64,000 nt of DNA from Pecten maximus (GCF_902652985.1 NC_047033.1:5270001-5334000), one strand, 5' to 3'; numbered from the stretch's first letter, positions 40,449-53,819 are shown. Program-made: numbers and translations. The notes: a model not told the origin generated them from the sequence alone.

Positions 40449-41117
40449 TATTTTACTTGCATTTCGTCAACTTAAACATTTTATATATATATATATTATA
40501 TATCTTCGAGAGTATGGGGATTTCCTATTCATCTCGTTTTGATTTAGTCTGTGGCTTGCGAATACTTGAGACATCGTTTCAAATAAGCTTATCGACCATG
40601 GATACCTCTGTACCTATGTATATATATAAGATTTTGCGATATCGCATATATTATCTGACCTGTTCGAGCTAAGGTCATACGTTCCATATCCTCACATCGT
40701 GACCTTGTGTGACCTTCACAAGATGTGGCATTTACTATCAGTGTGCACAGTTTTATTAACACTATATCACAGGGGTTCGTTACAATAAATGGGCCATACA
40801 TATACGATATAAATATAAACACAGGGTTTCATATGTAACGAAACCCTGTGGTAGTAGTGGGCTCAATTAAGTTTACACATCCTCCCTGGTCACTGCCAAT
40901 GATCGAATTATGTTCTCTGCTATAAAACTGCTGTACAGAATACAATAAAGTTGTTACGGGTTATCACACACCTACGTACATTTATACGTGGTTCATCTGA
41001 ACACAAAGACTTTCCTATGAGATGACCAGTAGTACCGTAGAAAGAGAGAATTGTACCAATCGCTGATCATACACAGACGTACACACCACATTATATTATC
41101 GCCCGATTCTCCACAGG

Positions 41118-41480
41118 AAACGGGGTTATGTTTACATTTCGTAGCTACTATAATACAACTTGGTTTCTATACATGAGCTTTGTCCAAATTTCTGACCAGA
41201 ACTTTTTACTTGTCTCGAAATTTACTGAGCGAGTTTCTGATGCAGTGCTCGTCATGCATCAGGTGATGTTTTAGAGTCTAATTTTAAAAATTCTCGACAG
41301 AAAACGAGGGCATGTTTACATATCGTAGCCACTATAATACCAACTGGGTTCCAATACACGCGTTAAGCTATCGTCCTAATTTATGACCCGAACTTATCTC
41401 GACACTTACTGAGCGAGTTTCTCCTGTACAATGTATACATGTAGCGCTGGCACTAGTTATAAGGCAGGTGACGCTTTCGA
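41118..41480. repeat. Diverged ~183-bp tandem duplication
   Basis: atgtttaca.tcgtagc.actataatac...ttactgagcgagtttct occurs twice. Confidence 0.7.
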
Positions 41481-43633
41481 ATATAAATTGAGAAGTCTTC
41501 TGTATCGTGGTAATGTTATATCTTTATAGTTATGTGCTACGTGGAAAAAAAGTGAAAAGTTTACACAGACTTTAGACTTTTCTGTAAGAAAATAAAAAAA
41601 TAAAACTATATATTTTATATTACATGTAAATATTAAGATATTATTTCCTCAGGTAAAACAGTTTCATTCTTTCCTCGCTGAAAATTCTACTGTTAATGCT
41701 AGAGCCTGTACAGAAAATAGTGTAGTCATAAATACATGTATATATGTATATACATGAATCTGCGTATGACCTGCTGAAGCATTTCTATGCAGCGTATATA
41801 AATGTCAGAGTAAATATCGCCATTTGATGTTAAAATGAGGCAATGTGAAGCTGACATTCTGGAACGAATACGTAGATTGATTGAGACAATGTAATGAAAC
41901 ATAAATACTAATTTGCAATGTAACTTAAAATCCTTAAAACATTAATTACCTCGGTGACTTTGTGCAGGAGAAAATCTCGTTGAAGTCTTCCTATCTATGT
42001 GGCGCCGCTGGTGTGAGCGTTCTGAATGGTGACCCCTTGACTGTGTACTCGATGGCCAAACGAGGTTTATTTAAACGATAGTATTAAGGCGGTCGATAAA
42101 CCTATCACATGTGTCAATGCATGTATACATGTACATACATGAATGGGTCAAAATAGTAATCTACAGATTCCACACTGAGGCTTGTGGATACAGTCAAATG
42201 GCCGACAAATATCTACAGATTAACACTTGAATAATTTCAATTTTGATGCACAATTTTGCCCTACCAAGAATTGTTTCAGAAAAAAAAATCTGGATGAATT
42301 CCGCTCAACTTTTTCATGTTTTAAAACAAATATTTGAGCCAGTTACCCGTTTGGCGGGGATAGACCACTTTTTTAATTTTCAAAAAAATTTACAGTGCTA
42401 GTTTATTGATTTATGCCATTTGGTTATTTCGACTTTTCGCTTCGAAAAGGCGAACATTAAACATACTAATGTTCGTCCTTTCGTCTCTAGGTCCCGAAAT
42501 GACGAAAATTAGCAAACCTTATATTTTGTCTCGACGACTTTTCGCCCAGGGAAGACCAAAGTTAAAAACAATAGTTTTCGTCTTTTCAGGGCGAAAATAC
42601 GAAAATTAAGGTTCGTTAATTTTCGTCTTTTCGGGGTTAAAAGTCGAAAAACAAGATGAACGAACACGAAAATCAAAAGTTGCAAATATCTTTTTTTTTC
42701 TGATGTATACAGTACTCCTCCAGGAAATTCAGATAAGATAGATACTTGTCAACAATCCTCAATACATTAATACGTGTTCTTTATGGAGGCCACAAACACC
42801 TCTGTACCCTCTCCGCTGATAATGCAATATTTGTCCTTGAGCTTTAGTTACGGTAACAAGATGGCGGCACAATTTGAAAGATACACAAAACACAACAAAA
42901 ACTCCATGATTGATACGTGTTATTGTGATCTATAATAAACAAGTCGTACAAAGTGAACTATGGTATATCAAATCAGTAGTTGATATTTAAATTTTGTCTA
43001 CTCCAGCATCAGTCAACTTATCATACATACAGTTCATATCATATTCTATATAATTAATCATACAATATAAAAAAAACGTATCTACCAACGTGACTGTCAA
43101 CGCGGAAAATGCATTCTGTAGTTATCATTATTGGAAAGTAATGTTCCCAAACGGTCGAACTCTGGAAAGGGTAGGTCAGGTGCTCAAGCTAAACGTGACT
43201 GGCGGTGTCTAATGTTTTTGGCCAATACAAATACATCACATCGAATTGTGCACTAAGAAGCAAATATTATGACACATTTATGCTAAGGTTAAAGCTGTGT
43301 GCTCTTCAATATTGCTCATCTATGTCTGTTTTACAGAAATTAAGTCAAGTTAATATGGGGGGTATTGGTCGACGTCATCATAATTTGTGTCTGAATTCTG
43401 TCATATGAGATCGTTGTGGAAAATACATCGTGGGTGATGTTCAATACAATTACAAATGTACGTCAGGTCATTCACGTTGTAATGAAACAAAAGTAACAAG
43501 AAGTATTTATGGATTCGATTCGAGTTTTTAACGCCGGTACTCCGAAAATCGTTCATAGTCATCGCATTATTCTCAAGAAGCAAGAGATATGATAAGTAAT
43601 ATATACATTGTTCCATACGGTTCTGCCATAAGA

Positions 43634-44209
43634 TCACTTTCCAAAGCCATATCCAGGTCCATATACCACCATACAATACAGACAGTAGGCGTATGTCGCC
43701 ACAGTCGGGATAAACGTAGCGATGAAACCATATGCTCTTTCCATCGCCTCGATTTGGTAGCCGATTTTGTAGACGATTCTTGCAACGACGAAAAGGACGA
43801 CGAGCAAAGGAATGGCTTTCATCGATTCCGAAGAGAGATAGGTACACAACACAATTTGTCCGACAAAATGGAAGTTGAACTGTTCCAGTGTATTTTGTAG
43901 TATATTCCGTGAAGTTCTTGTAAGATGTTCCGCGTTTCCTTTCACGGGGTCTGCTGTAGCCTCACTTTGTTTCCGAATTTCATTGACCCCCCTGATTCCC
44001 ATCAGCAAGGTCAAACCTCCCAACAGCTGCCACCGCAACGTAAATATGACTCTCTCTACGACCGAATCCATTACCGGAAGTTGAAAGGGAAAGAAATGAT
44101 ATCCAACCACGAAATAAATAGTGGACACCGCAAGGCTAATTCTAAACCGGAAGTTTACACCGGACTTTCGCTCTTCGGACCATCCAGCTTGTGTATTCTT
44201 GGAAGCCAT
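43634..44209 (-). CDS. MAPEG/TMEM79-like membrane protein, paralog 2
   Basis: 191 aa, colinear with paralog 1, same motifs. Confidence 0.88.
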   Translation of the reverse strand: MASKNTQAGWSEERKSGVNFRFRISLAVSTIYFVVGYHFFPFQLPVMDSVVERVIFTLRWQLLGGLTLLMGIRGVNEIRKQSEATADPVKGNAEHLTRTSRNILQNTLEQFNFHFVGQIVLCTYLSSESMKAIPLLVVLFVVARIVYKIGYQIEAMERAYGFIATFIPTVATYAYCLYCMVVYGPGYGFGK

Positions 44210-47200
44210 TCTGTATCTTATGTCAATCGTTTCTGCAAAGAAATCATTCCACCTGGGTAAGCCAACACATAAATTTGCATATTGATAAAATGTTTAATAT
44301 ACAATCTACATCGACATATTACAAAAAAGAAAAAAAATGAAATGGTTCTTCTGCTAATAGGAAAGTCGTAGTGCTACCGTGACGGATCGTGTCGCGGTAC
44401 CGAAAAGATCAGTCTGCTGTATATCAGTTATTATCATAGAAGACGAGATTTGGTCCCATGCAGAGCTAGTGTATATATATTTTTCTGTTGCCATGGATAT
44501 CTTTCAGGGTGGTAAGTAAAACCGAATGAAATAAAATTTAGACCCCCCCCCCCCCCCCCCCCCCCTCTGTGAATCTGAAGACTTTTTCTTAGATAATGCA
44601 AAAACATGTTCACTATAAGAAAGAAACTAAATACGGCCTGGTTTGATATGTATTAAATAATGCGTGTAGTGAGTGTGTGGGTGTTTTATTCGGCTGCTGT
44701 ATGTTCGTCTTCTTTCGAAATCGCGAAACTGACGCCGATTTTATAGTGCTATCTCACTGAAGTATGCTGCGGAAGGCCGCCAGTAGGACACCACATCCGA
44801 CCCCTGTCGAAATGTAGCCGCCTTTTACGAATCACGAAATTGGAATAGTATGACTAATATCAAAACTATCCAGCTCACGGTAACAGATGTTAGTTTAACT
44901 TTAACATCAAGTAAACATTTAGAAAGTGACAAAACAAAGCTGCTAGAATAGCACAGTAGGTAACAAAAAAAATGAGGACAGCTAAATTAATACAGACAGA
45001 TATCGTATTTACTTACAGTGAAGGGAAAATTTTGAAAAGTATACCATGTACCGGTATTCATTTTTGTGAAGCAGATCAAATAAGGACAAAACACGGGAAA
45101 CGATGATACAATAAAATGAAAACGACAAGAAACAACATATTTTTTGTTTGTTTTTGTGATTAAACTTTCTTGGTTTTCCTCTTTTTACGTTGTTTCGTCT
45201 TAACGTTATTTTGTTTGGTCGCTTAACTTCTATTCCATGACGAAAGCTTTCTATGTATGTCGGCTAAAGCTATCCTCAATTATCATATCAGGTTGCTAAT
45301 CTATGAATGACTGCATACCTTTGTACGTTGTATATGAATACTTGGTAGAACGAAGGGCGTCCGTTCCATATCCTCACACCGTGAACTAGGGATGTTGTTT
45401 ATTTTGAGGGCATTTTTATTGATTGGGAAGAAATGAAGCCTAATGTTTTATCTGACTACCCCTTAACAATATAAAAACATACATGTTTTTTATTTCATTG
45501 AAGACGAAGCTGTCACATTGAACATAATACTGGTTTCCCGGAATCTCATAAAATCATAAACGTATTCACACTGAAACAAAGTATTCGCTATATATAAACG
45601 ACACCTACTAAAAATACAAGAGAAAAAGAGACAATCAGATACATACACACACATACTTTATCTCTGGGGTCTCAGTGGGTAATGAGACAGTTTTGAAATT
45701 TCTTTGTCAATTCAAACAAACGAGAGTTATACATTTGCAATCGCCCCACTTTACGACAATAAACACATATACATTGAATTGTGTGTCGCTCGAACAAAGC
45801 CCCCGATATTAAAACGAGCTGTTACACATGAAACAGCGATACTAGTTATTAGAGCATTTAGTCAAAATAAGAACATTAAATTATTGCTTTCATTATTGAA
45901 TTTCTCAGACAACTTAAACGAAGATATAAAAAAAAAAAAATCTAATTTTTCCCACGTGCACATCTTTAAAGCTTCTTCGTGAGTTTACCTAACGATAGTG
46001 ATAATAATGGATCCCTCTATACGTGTACATATTTACAATGTACATGACAGTTTAACCAATGTACATGACAGTTTAACATAGTGACGCAAATCTTTACTAC
46101 TAATCATGTAAATGTCACAATGCACTGATAAGCTGTGAGGAATATGTAAATTAGTGGAGACGGTATGTAGGTAAATATTTCAATGCATGTTAATGGAGGC
46201 AAAGTGCTGAAAATATTCATAAATTACCTGGGTAACCTTGTACAAACGGCAATCCCTGCAAGTGTTGTTCTGGTTGACTAACTTTGTTGCCCCAGCTGGC
46301 GTAGTGCGGTGTATATGGTACCCAAAGCGAGGTACACTGCATGAAATTTGACGAAAATAGGTAAAACTATTACATGTATGAATGTATAGGGTTATAAGTT
46401 GATCTCGATATCACATAACATCTGCATGGGATATTTAGAACGCGGGGTATTGTCATTAGTATAGTGTATGTTGAATATCTTAAACTAATGTTAAATATGA
46501 AAACATATAAATATATAAAAACAATAATATGCAAGTTAAACATCATCAAACAAATTGAAATTGTTACTGGTATATATATCAATGAGTGGGTTCCTGAGAT
46601 GGACCACGTTAACCGCTGAAAGCAAAACATACTTCACGTGTCAACTGACATCAATGCTTTGTAAAACGGATGATGTATTTTGTTAGATTTTATGAGATTT
46701 GTAATGGAAGGATTAGTTGTGCTGTTTTTGGTTTAAACTGTATTTTATTTGGTTATAGCAATGGTACATACAAATAATACAAATATAAGGATACAGAAAC
46801 AAGTACTTGGTACTTATATTAATCTGTCTCCTGATGTAGATATAGGCTATGGACTGATATTGACAAAATTAATAATACATGTGCTGTTTATATTGCCCTC
46901 ATTCGTAATGTTTCATCTTCGGAAGCATTGTTATCCCACCGCTGCCACCCCTGAAAGGGATGACCTGTGTAATATCAGTTTTAGCATCGCCTTGACAGTT
47001 GACTGCGGCACACGAATGGGTTGTAGATTCTCTTTGTTATAAAGACCGCTGATTTTCATGAAATAGAATGAATTTCATCGACATTGGTTATTACGTCCAC
47101 ACTAATTAAGAATGACCCGGTAATTGACGTTGTTGTATCAAATGATCTACCTTGAATATGGACTGAAGATCAAGACCCAATGATATGGCTGAATGGTTCT

Positions 47201-49043
47201 TACATACTTAAAGTGTTACAATAAATACATCTAATGAAAATGACAGTAACAGATTATCTCAGAATTGATATCTAACTATTATGGTGATATCACAAGACTC
47301 AAAGAACCATGTTTTTATTTTAAAATCGTAAAAAAAGACTTTGCCAACTCAAATGGATCAACTCAGCGAGCAGTAACCACCCAAGCAGGCAAAATTCCAA
47401 TTGTACAATAATACAATTTTCTGATCCTGTCTTACGTTGCGTGAGTTCGGAAGATAGCTCGTAACTCTTTTGGCGAAACAACTCCAAGACCCTACTGTTT
47501 TAACTGTGTGTTGTCGTCTGAAGAATTTCATGTATACCGGATAAATCTATTGTCTATTTATTTGAACTAAGATATTTACTTTGATATTTCTAATTAGGAA
47601 TTAACACACAATAGTAATTTATGATAAACCTATATATCTCCGTCATGGCAATGCTTGTTTTGAACCCAACACGTAGTTCAAGTGAACAAAATGTATGCTA
47701 TATGAAGAGTACTAAAAACAATGATACAAATAATGAATAATTGTAAGTTTCTAAATGTCCGTTGCTTTTTCAGATGTCTACTGAAAACAGGACACTTTAT
47801 TATCAATAATAATTTAACGTGTATATTCCTGCCAGCTTTCCAGTTATTAGACAAGCGTATGTACATCATGGTGTGCCTCGTTACTGCCTGCACGTTAGGG
47901 AAGGTGTCAAAGACAATTAATTTCAGAATCTCCAACAGAATTAGGAATTTGTTTACATACCTTCTGCTCGAGGAATAGAAAACGTCTACAAATGTAACCG
48001 CTGCGGTCATTGCAAGATTTCGGATCTTTATTATCACTCAGTTACTAATTTCATATTTATTATAGTGCATCTCTTCGAAAATGTAACGTTATTTTACCAA
48101 GAGGTGTCTTTGAGGAAGTTTCTTTTTTCTGTACGAACTACAGCAACAGAAAACCAAAACATATACATATGTATATCAGTACTTACTGCTTGACATTTAC
48201 AGAAAAGCGGTATGGACTGCATATTTGTAAATCTATATTACGCTTGATTGATGTAGATGTATATTACATATGTAATATACTTGATATTATCATTTCAAAT
48301 GAAAATATTGTACATCCTTGGTTTTATCACTAATTTATCTAAATGATATACACAATGACGTTGCGTCATCAGTATTATGACATCACTGCTTTCTCAGACC
48401 GTATCCAGCTCTGTAAATCACAAAACAGTATTTATACAAACAACATAGTCTAAAGTTACAGGAAAATTGCAATTTTTAACACACAGCATGATTATGAATA
48501 TTTTCAGGGGCTACACTGTATGACTGTTTCAGATGAAATAAGTACGTGTAATCAGTAAAACAGTGCATCCATATGGAGTCTGTAATTAAAGGTTGTAGTT
48601 GGAGAGGGCCCAGCAAAGACAACCGACTGCTAGGAGTTATGGATACTGTTTACTAATTATCCAGGCTGTAGTTAGGGAGGCCCCGGCAAAAACAGCCTGT
48701 AGTGTGTTGTCACGGGATGTAGATCACATTTAGAATGATGTAGGTTATAATCAGGGAGGACCCGGCAATGACAACCTAATGCTGTTCGTTAATTGATTGA
48801 TAAATATGTATTGATTACCATTAAAATGGATTTGCAATTATAATACAATGATATAAATATTGAATTCCAATGAGTAAATTATATTGTCTGAATTGGGGTT
48901 AAAATTCAGTAGACTGAATAAATGATCCTAGAAATAATAATCAAGGTAGCCCATTATTAACAAAAAAAAAAAAAAAAAAAAAAAAAGAATCGAAGATTCG
49001 ATGTCCACTTTTACAGATAATCGAATAACACAGAATTGGAAGA

Positions 49044-49274
49044 TACTGTAAAAGTGGAAATATTCGCGGTGTGGAAATTTTCGCTTATTTCGCGATCAGT
49101 AAATCTCCGCGAAAATTTCCACACGCGAATATATTAACACATACAAATACTAAATATAAAAGATACAAGTTAGCGCAAAAATATCTTGACGGCGCGAAAA
49201 TATCCACACCGCGAACACTTTGGAAGCTGGCTAAGCGAAAATTTCCACACGCGAAAATATCCACTTTTACAGTA
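49044..49274. mobile_element. TA-flanked MITE (TACTGTAAA family)
   Basis: TIRs tactgtaaaagtggaaatattcgcggtgtggaaattttcgctt / aagcgaaaatttccacacgcgaaaatatccacttttacagta. Confidence 0.88.
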
Positions 49275-50073
49275 ATATGAATTACAAATAACATTTGCCA
49301 ATAAACACATTATACTAGTAGATAACTATAATGAACAATGTTCCAACACATAGATGGGTATGAAGCATAATTAAACACTTAACCCCAATTATCATGCCTG
49401 ATGCATATATATAATAGCAAAACTTCCCTAAAGCCAAATATGGGACCTAGTAAATGGTGCGCTGTAAATACAAATTAGATTTGTTATACCGTTCTACGAC
49501 TTTAGAAAAGCTCTAGTATGTTTTATGATAGACTTAACAAATAACATAAAACATATGAATCAAATACAATGTACAGAACAACGGATAATAAATTAGCGGC
49601 AGTAAGGGGTGGCGGCGGGCTGATACAACCACCTGAATAGAATTCCTGTCAATCCCTCCAATTTGTGTTCTATACTGATGCGTCCCTTATCTCGACAGCC
49701 ATTGGTCAATTAGTCACGTGACCTCTGAACCTGATTAGTATTCTGACCTCATCATTAACACATGTTAGCTGTCTGTCTAATTCCTATCTTACCAGTAATT
49801 ATATACCCTTGTTCCATCTGATATCAAATCTCGTGCCCCTTATAAACATATAAACTACTGGTGGAAAATTCTATCATCTAGCCCTTCAACCTTACACCAT
49901 GTTTGATAAATTATAATGAAACTAACACACAGCGTTGATAAACATCTTATGATTGTTACTATTGGGATACTAAATCTACCATCGTACGGCCTCATTTGAG
50001 GGGAGGTAGAGTACCATATGATTAAAGGAACTGAACGACTGCCTAGAGGGGTAGAAGAAATGACGGTAAATGG

Positions 50074-50450
50074 TGTAAGTGTATAGCAGGATTGGAAAAA
50101 TTGTACGACCAGACCGGGGTTCGAACGTGGGACCTCCGAACACTAGCCGGATGGTCTACCAATTAAACTACCTGGTCGCCGATGATCGACCCGGTCCAGT
50201 TCCGCTACACTCTTCCCTCCCTTTTTAAGTCTTCGACCCCGAATACTTCACAACTCACAACCCAGGTTCGGTTATCAAGTATTCAACTTACTTGAAAGTT
50301 AAAGCAAGCTTTGGTTACAGGCACCAAATGTAATATGAGTGGGAAATTATACGGCTAGACCGGGGTTCGATCATGGGACCTCCGAACACTAGCCGGATGC
50401 TCTACCAATAAAGATAACTACTTGCCAACTTGGTCGCCGGGTTCGTTACA
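50074..50450 (-). mobile_element. Miniature non-autonomous LTR retrotransposon (TRIM) with tRNA-like sequence in both LTRs (Helenus-like)
   Basis: Two TGT...ACA direct repeats (50329-50450 and ~50074-50209), each with a tRNA-like module (ttggtaga..atccggctAGTgttcggaggtccc..ttcgaaccccggtc); PBS-like TGGTGCCTGTAACC after the 5' LTR; PPT AAAAGGGAGGGAAGAG before the 3' LTR; no clear TSD. Confidence 0.78.
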
Positions 50451-50868
50451 AAATACAGATGATAAATGTACAAGTTGAGTATATATAAAATGTAGCAGCA
50501 TGTTAGAGTAGCGTCAATCCACGAAGAAATAAATATACGTGTGAAAAGTTCATGTAATAAACTTGTATGTCAGTAAAGTCGCACACTTAAGCCTTTTTAT
50601 GTTTTCATGGCACTCCATTAAGTTGATGACGCAATGTTGACATGGCGGCAGTGTTTTCTGAATCAGTCGACGGTTGTCACGCCAGATTCGTTTCTGAAAT
50701 CTACAGAGTCAGAAATGCATAATACAATTGCGTAAGTGCATATATTTTGCAATGAAACTGGCGAGACGCGATGAATTCTGGCACTTGGTACCGGTGAGTG
50801 AAATATTTTCCAAGGTATTCATGGCGTCATTCAGTAACATTTCATCATAAATTGCAGTCATAGGATCA

Positions 50869-51912
50869 TCACTTTCCAAAGCCATATCCAGGTCCATATA
50901 CCGCCATACAGTACAGACAGTATGCATATGTCGCCAAGGTCAGAAAAAAAGTTGGGATAAACCCATACATTCTTTCCATCGCTTCCATTTGATAGCCAAT
51001 TTTGTAGACGATTCTTGCAACAACACAAAGGACGACGAGCAAAGGGATAGCTTTCATCGACTCCGAAGAGAGATATGTACACAACACAATTTGCCCGACA
51101 AAATTAAAGATAAACTGTTCCAATGTATTTTGTAGGAGGTTCCGTGGAAGTTTTGTCAGATGTTCCGCGTTTCCTTTAAAGGACTCACACAACTAAATCA
51201 GCCAATCAGCTAGTGTTTCACCTGAACCAAGTCCCTGAGGAAAATGTGTTTCTTGGGTTTGTAGCTGTTTCCTGAGTAAATAACATATGAAATGGGTACT
51301 TTCTATATACGAGAATAAAGTGTAGGGTCTTGAGGTTTGGAAAATCAAAAATATACACTCCTACTGAAAATAGAATGGCGTAGGATTCGAGGTGTAAAAA
51401 GACGGGAATTCCCCAGTAGGGGGTTCCCCAGTGTACTGTTAATGTCAGGGTTACTGTCTTTCGAGTACCCGTGTGCTTTAATATGCCATTAAACCTATAC
51501 AATAACAACATTTATCCGATAGAAAAACTTCAAACTTTAATTTGATATAAATTTCACATCATTTGAACTTCAAGCGAGCAAATAAAGGGATGGGGTCACT
51601 AGTAATAACGTATAGTAAATTATTTAGTTGTGCGAGTCCTTTCAAAGGGTCTGCCGCTGCATCACTTTGACCCCGAACAGCCATGACCCCCATCATCCCC
51701 ATAAGCAAGGTCGGCCTCCAAACAGTTGCCATCGAAACGTCAAAAATTAATCTCTCTATGACCGAGTCCATTACCGGAAGTTTAAACGGAAAGAAAACAT
51801 ATCCAGCAACGAAACAGACAATAGATGTCGACATGGAAATTTTAAACCGGAAGTTGTTAACAACAGATTTCCTCTTATCAAGCCACTCATTCTCTGTATT
51901 CGTGTTAGTCAT
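50869..51912 (-). pseudogene. MAPEG/TMEM79-like paralog 3, disrupted
   Basis: 5' half (51641-51912) and 3' half (50869-51179) rejoin as ...AAADPLK-GNAEHL... once the insertion and one TSD copy are removed; also a +1/-1 frameshift pair at ~51712-51742. Confidence 0.9.
51180..51640. mobile_element. Kolobok-type MITE (461 bp)
   Basis: 19-bp TIR AGGACTCACACAACTAAAT / ATTTAGTTGTGCGAGTCCT; RR..YY termini; flanked by TTAA (51176-79) and TTCA (51641-44). Confidence 0.85.
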
Positions 51913-52077
51913 TCTATACCGTTTGTATATCGGATCTGTAAACGAAAAATTGAAGCTGAATTAGTCAACGTAAAATATAAATTTATGAACGACTGATAGA
52001 TACAGAAAGACCTTACGCTCCGAAAGAAAATAACTACCATTTGGTAATCACCTCCGTAGTCTTTTTCTAACAGAATT

Positions 52078-52297
52078 TGGTTTGTTTTTGTTTAACGTCC
52101 TATTAACAGCCAGGGTCATTTAAGGACGTGCCATGTTTTGGAGGTGGAGGAAAGCCGGAGTACCCGGAGAAAATCCACCGGCCTACAGTCAGTACCTGGC
52201 AACTGCCCCACGTAGGTTTCGAACTCGCAACCCAGAGGTGGAGGGCTAGTGATGAAGTGTCGGACACCTTAACCACTCGGCCACCGCGGCCCCCCTC
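52078..52297 (-). mobile_element. SINE family 1, full length
   Basis: Intact A and B boxes; 13-bp TSD TTCTAACAGAATT (52065-77 / 52298-310). Confidence 0.92.
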
Positions 52298-53366
52298 TTC
52301 TAACAGAATTAAATAAAGCAAGACTCAAGTTATATAACGTATGTTCCATGAAAACGTGTGGTTAAATAGAAAAAATACTGCTGTATATCACTCTAATAAT
52401 TGGAAGCAGTGGTTAAACGTCTTATTTTCCCTAATATCTTCTGTTAGAAGACATTTAGAAACTCAAAAATAATGCCAAACCCAATCCACTATATACTGAG
52501 GTCACAAAAAGAGCACCTTAAATTGCTGAATGGCGGATATCCTCCGGGAATTCTACCTCGCGGACGTTCAAGATTCAAAAATAGATTTTAGATCTTAGAA
52601 TTATTTAGGGACCTTTTTTCTGATTCTTTATTGTCTACTAGTTATCTGTGACTTTGTTGGCGTCTATTTGGCATCTTTTTGGTGTCCTGTCTGATTTGAA
52701 CCTTGCTAGGACGTATAAAACCCTAAATGAAAATGTGCAATTACCTATAGGATAAATACTCCCTCTAAAGACTTTGAATTGCTTGTTTTGCATAATTTTT
52801 TCCTCATGCAAACAAAAAAACACTAAGACTTGTCGTTCTTTTTAAATATGTTGTTGACTTCTTTGTGATGTCAAATAAATAAACAATTTCCCATCAATGC
52901 TTTTTCTCATTTAGCATCGTTTTTACGGTTTTTCATATTGTTTAATTTTGTGGGTTTTTTTTATTTCGTATTTAGCTAATATCATTTTGTCACATGGTGT
53001 CATCTCAGTAAGTCTTCTCAAATGTTCGAATCACGTGGATACAGATTGCTAGACACTTTTGTACGTTAGGTCGCCCGACAACATATGATTGTTATTATCT
53101 GATTAAAGGTAGAACGAAGGACTCACGTTACATATAGTCACACCGCGACCTTGACTAGGTTTGTTTTTTACCACAAGAACACACGGTTTAGAGAAATGAA
53201 GTTTTAATTTGAATGTGTTTGCCCCTGACTGATTTTTAGATGTATATATATGCTAAATGAAATTTTGTTTATAATTACACTGAAGTAAACTTATAAGAAC
53301 AATTCAAGTGGAGTCTTAAAAACTCGCACACATAGGTAAAATGAATAGGACATCTTTGCTATATAC

Positions 53367-53547
53367 TACGGAAGCCGGTAAGTGCCACATGAAGTAAACT
53401 TTTTAATGTCGTTATTACGACTTAGCATATCATAATTACGACTTAGTATGTCGTAACTACGACTAAGTTATCTCGTAATTACGACTTAGTTATCTCGTAA
53501 TTACGACATAAAAAGTTTTCTTCGTGTGGCACTAACCGGCTTCCGTA
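53367..53547. mobile_element. IS3EU-type MITE (181 bp)
   Basis: TACGGAAGCCGGT...ACCGGCTTCCGTA termini; 6-bp TSD ATATAC (53361-66 / 53548-53); internal 21-22-bp repeats tcgtaattacgacttag. Confidence 0.88.
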
Positions 53548-53592
53548 ATATACAGTAATGACTATGAAATTAAAACAAAAATGAAAAAAACA

Positions 53593-53819
53593 TTCTGCAT
53601 AGTTAGTAATATTTGCGAGGATTGTTTTTTTTTTTTTCTATTCTCGCGGTCAGTAAACACAGCTCGAAACATAAATACGTCATGTACATGTACCCAGATA
53701 CTATTCATGTCTTTTCTGTAGAATGTTTGCAGTGTTAAGCGAAAGTTAACAACTTCGAAATAGTTTCGACATGGACAACCTTGAAATATTAGCCCCGTGA
53801 ATCTTACAACTTCACAGTA
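53593..53819. mobile_element. Degenerate TACTG-type MITE
   Basis: ctgcatagttagtaatatttgcgagg ... ccccgtgaatcttacaacttcacagta; resembles 55185-55417. Confidence 0.5.
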
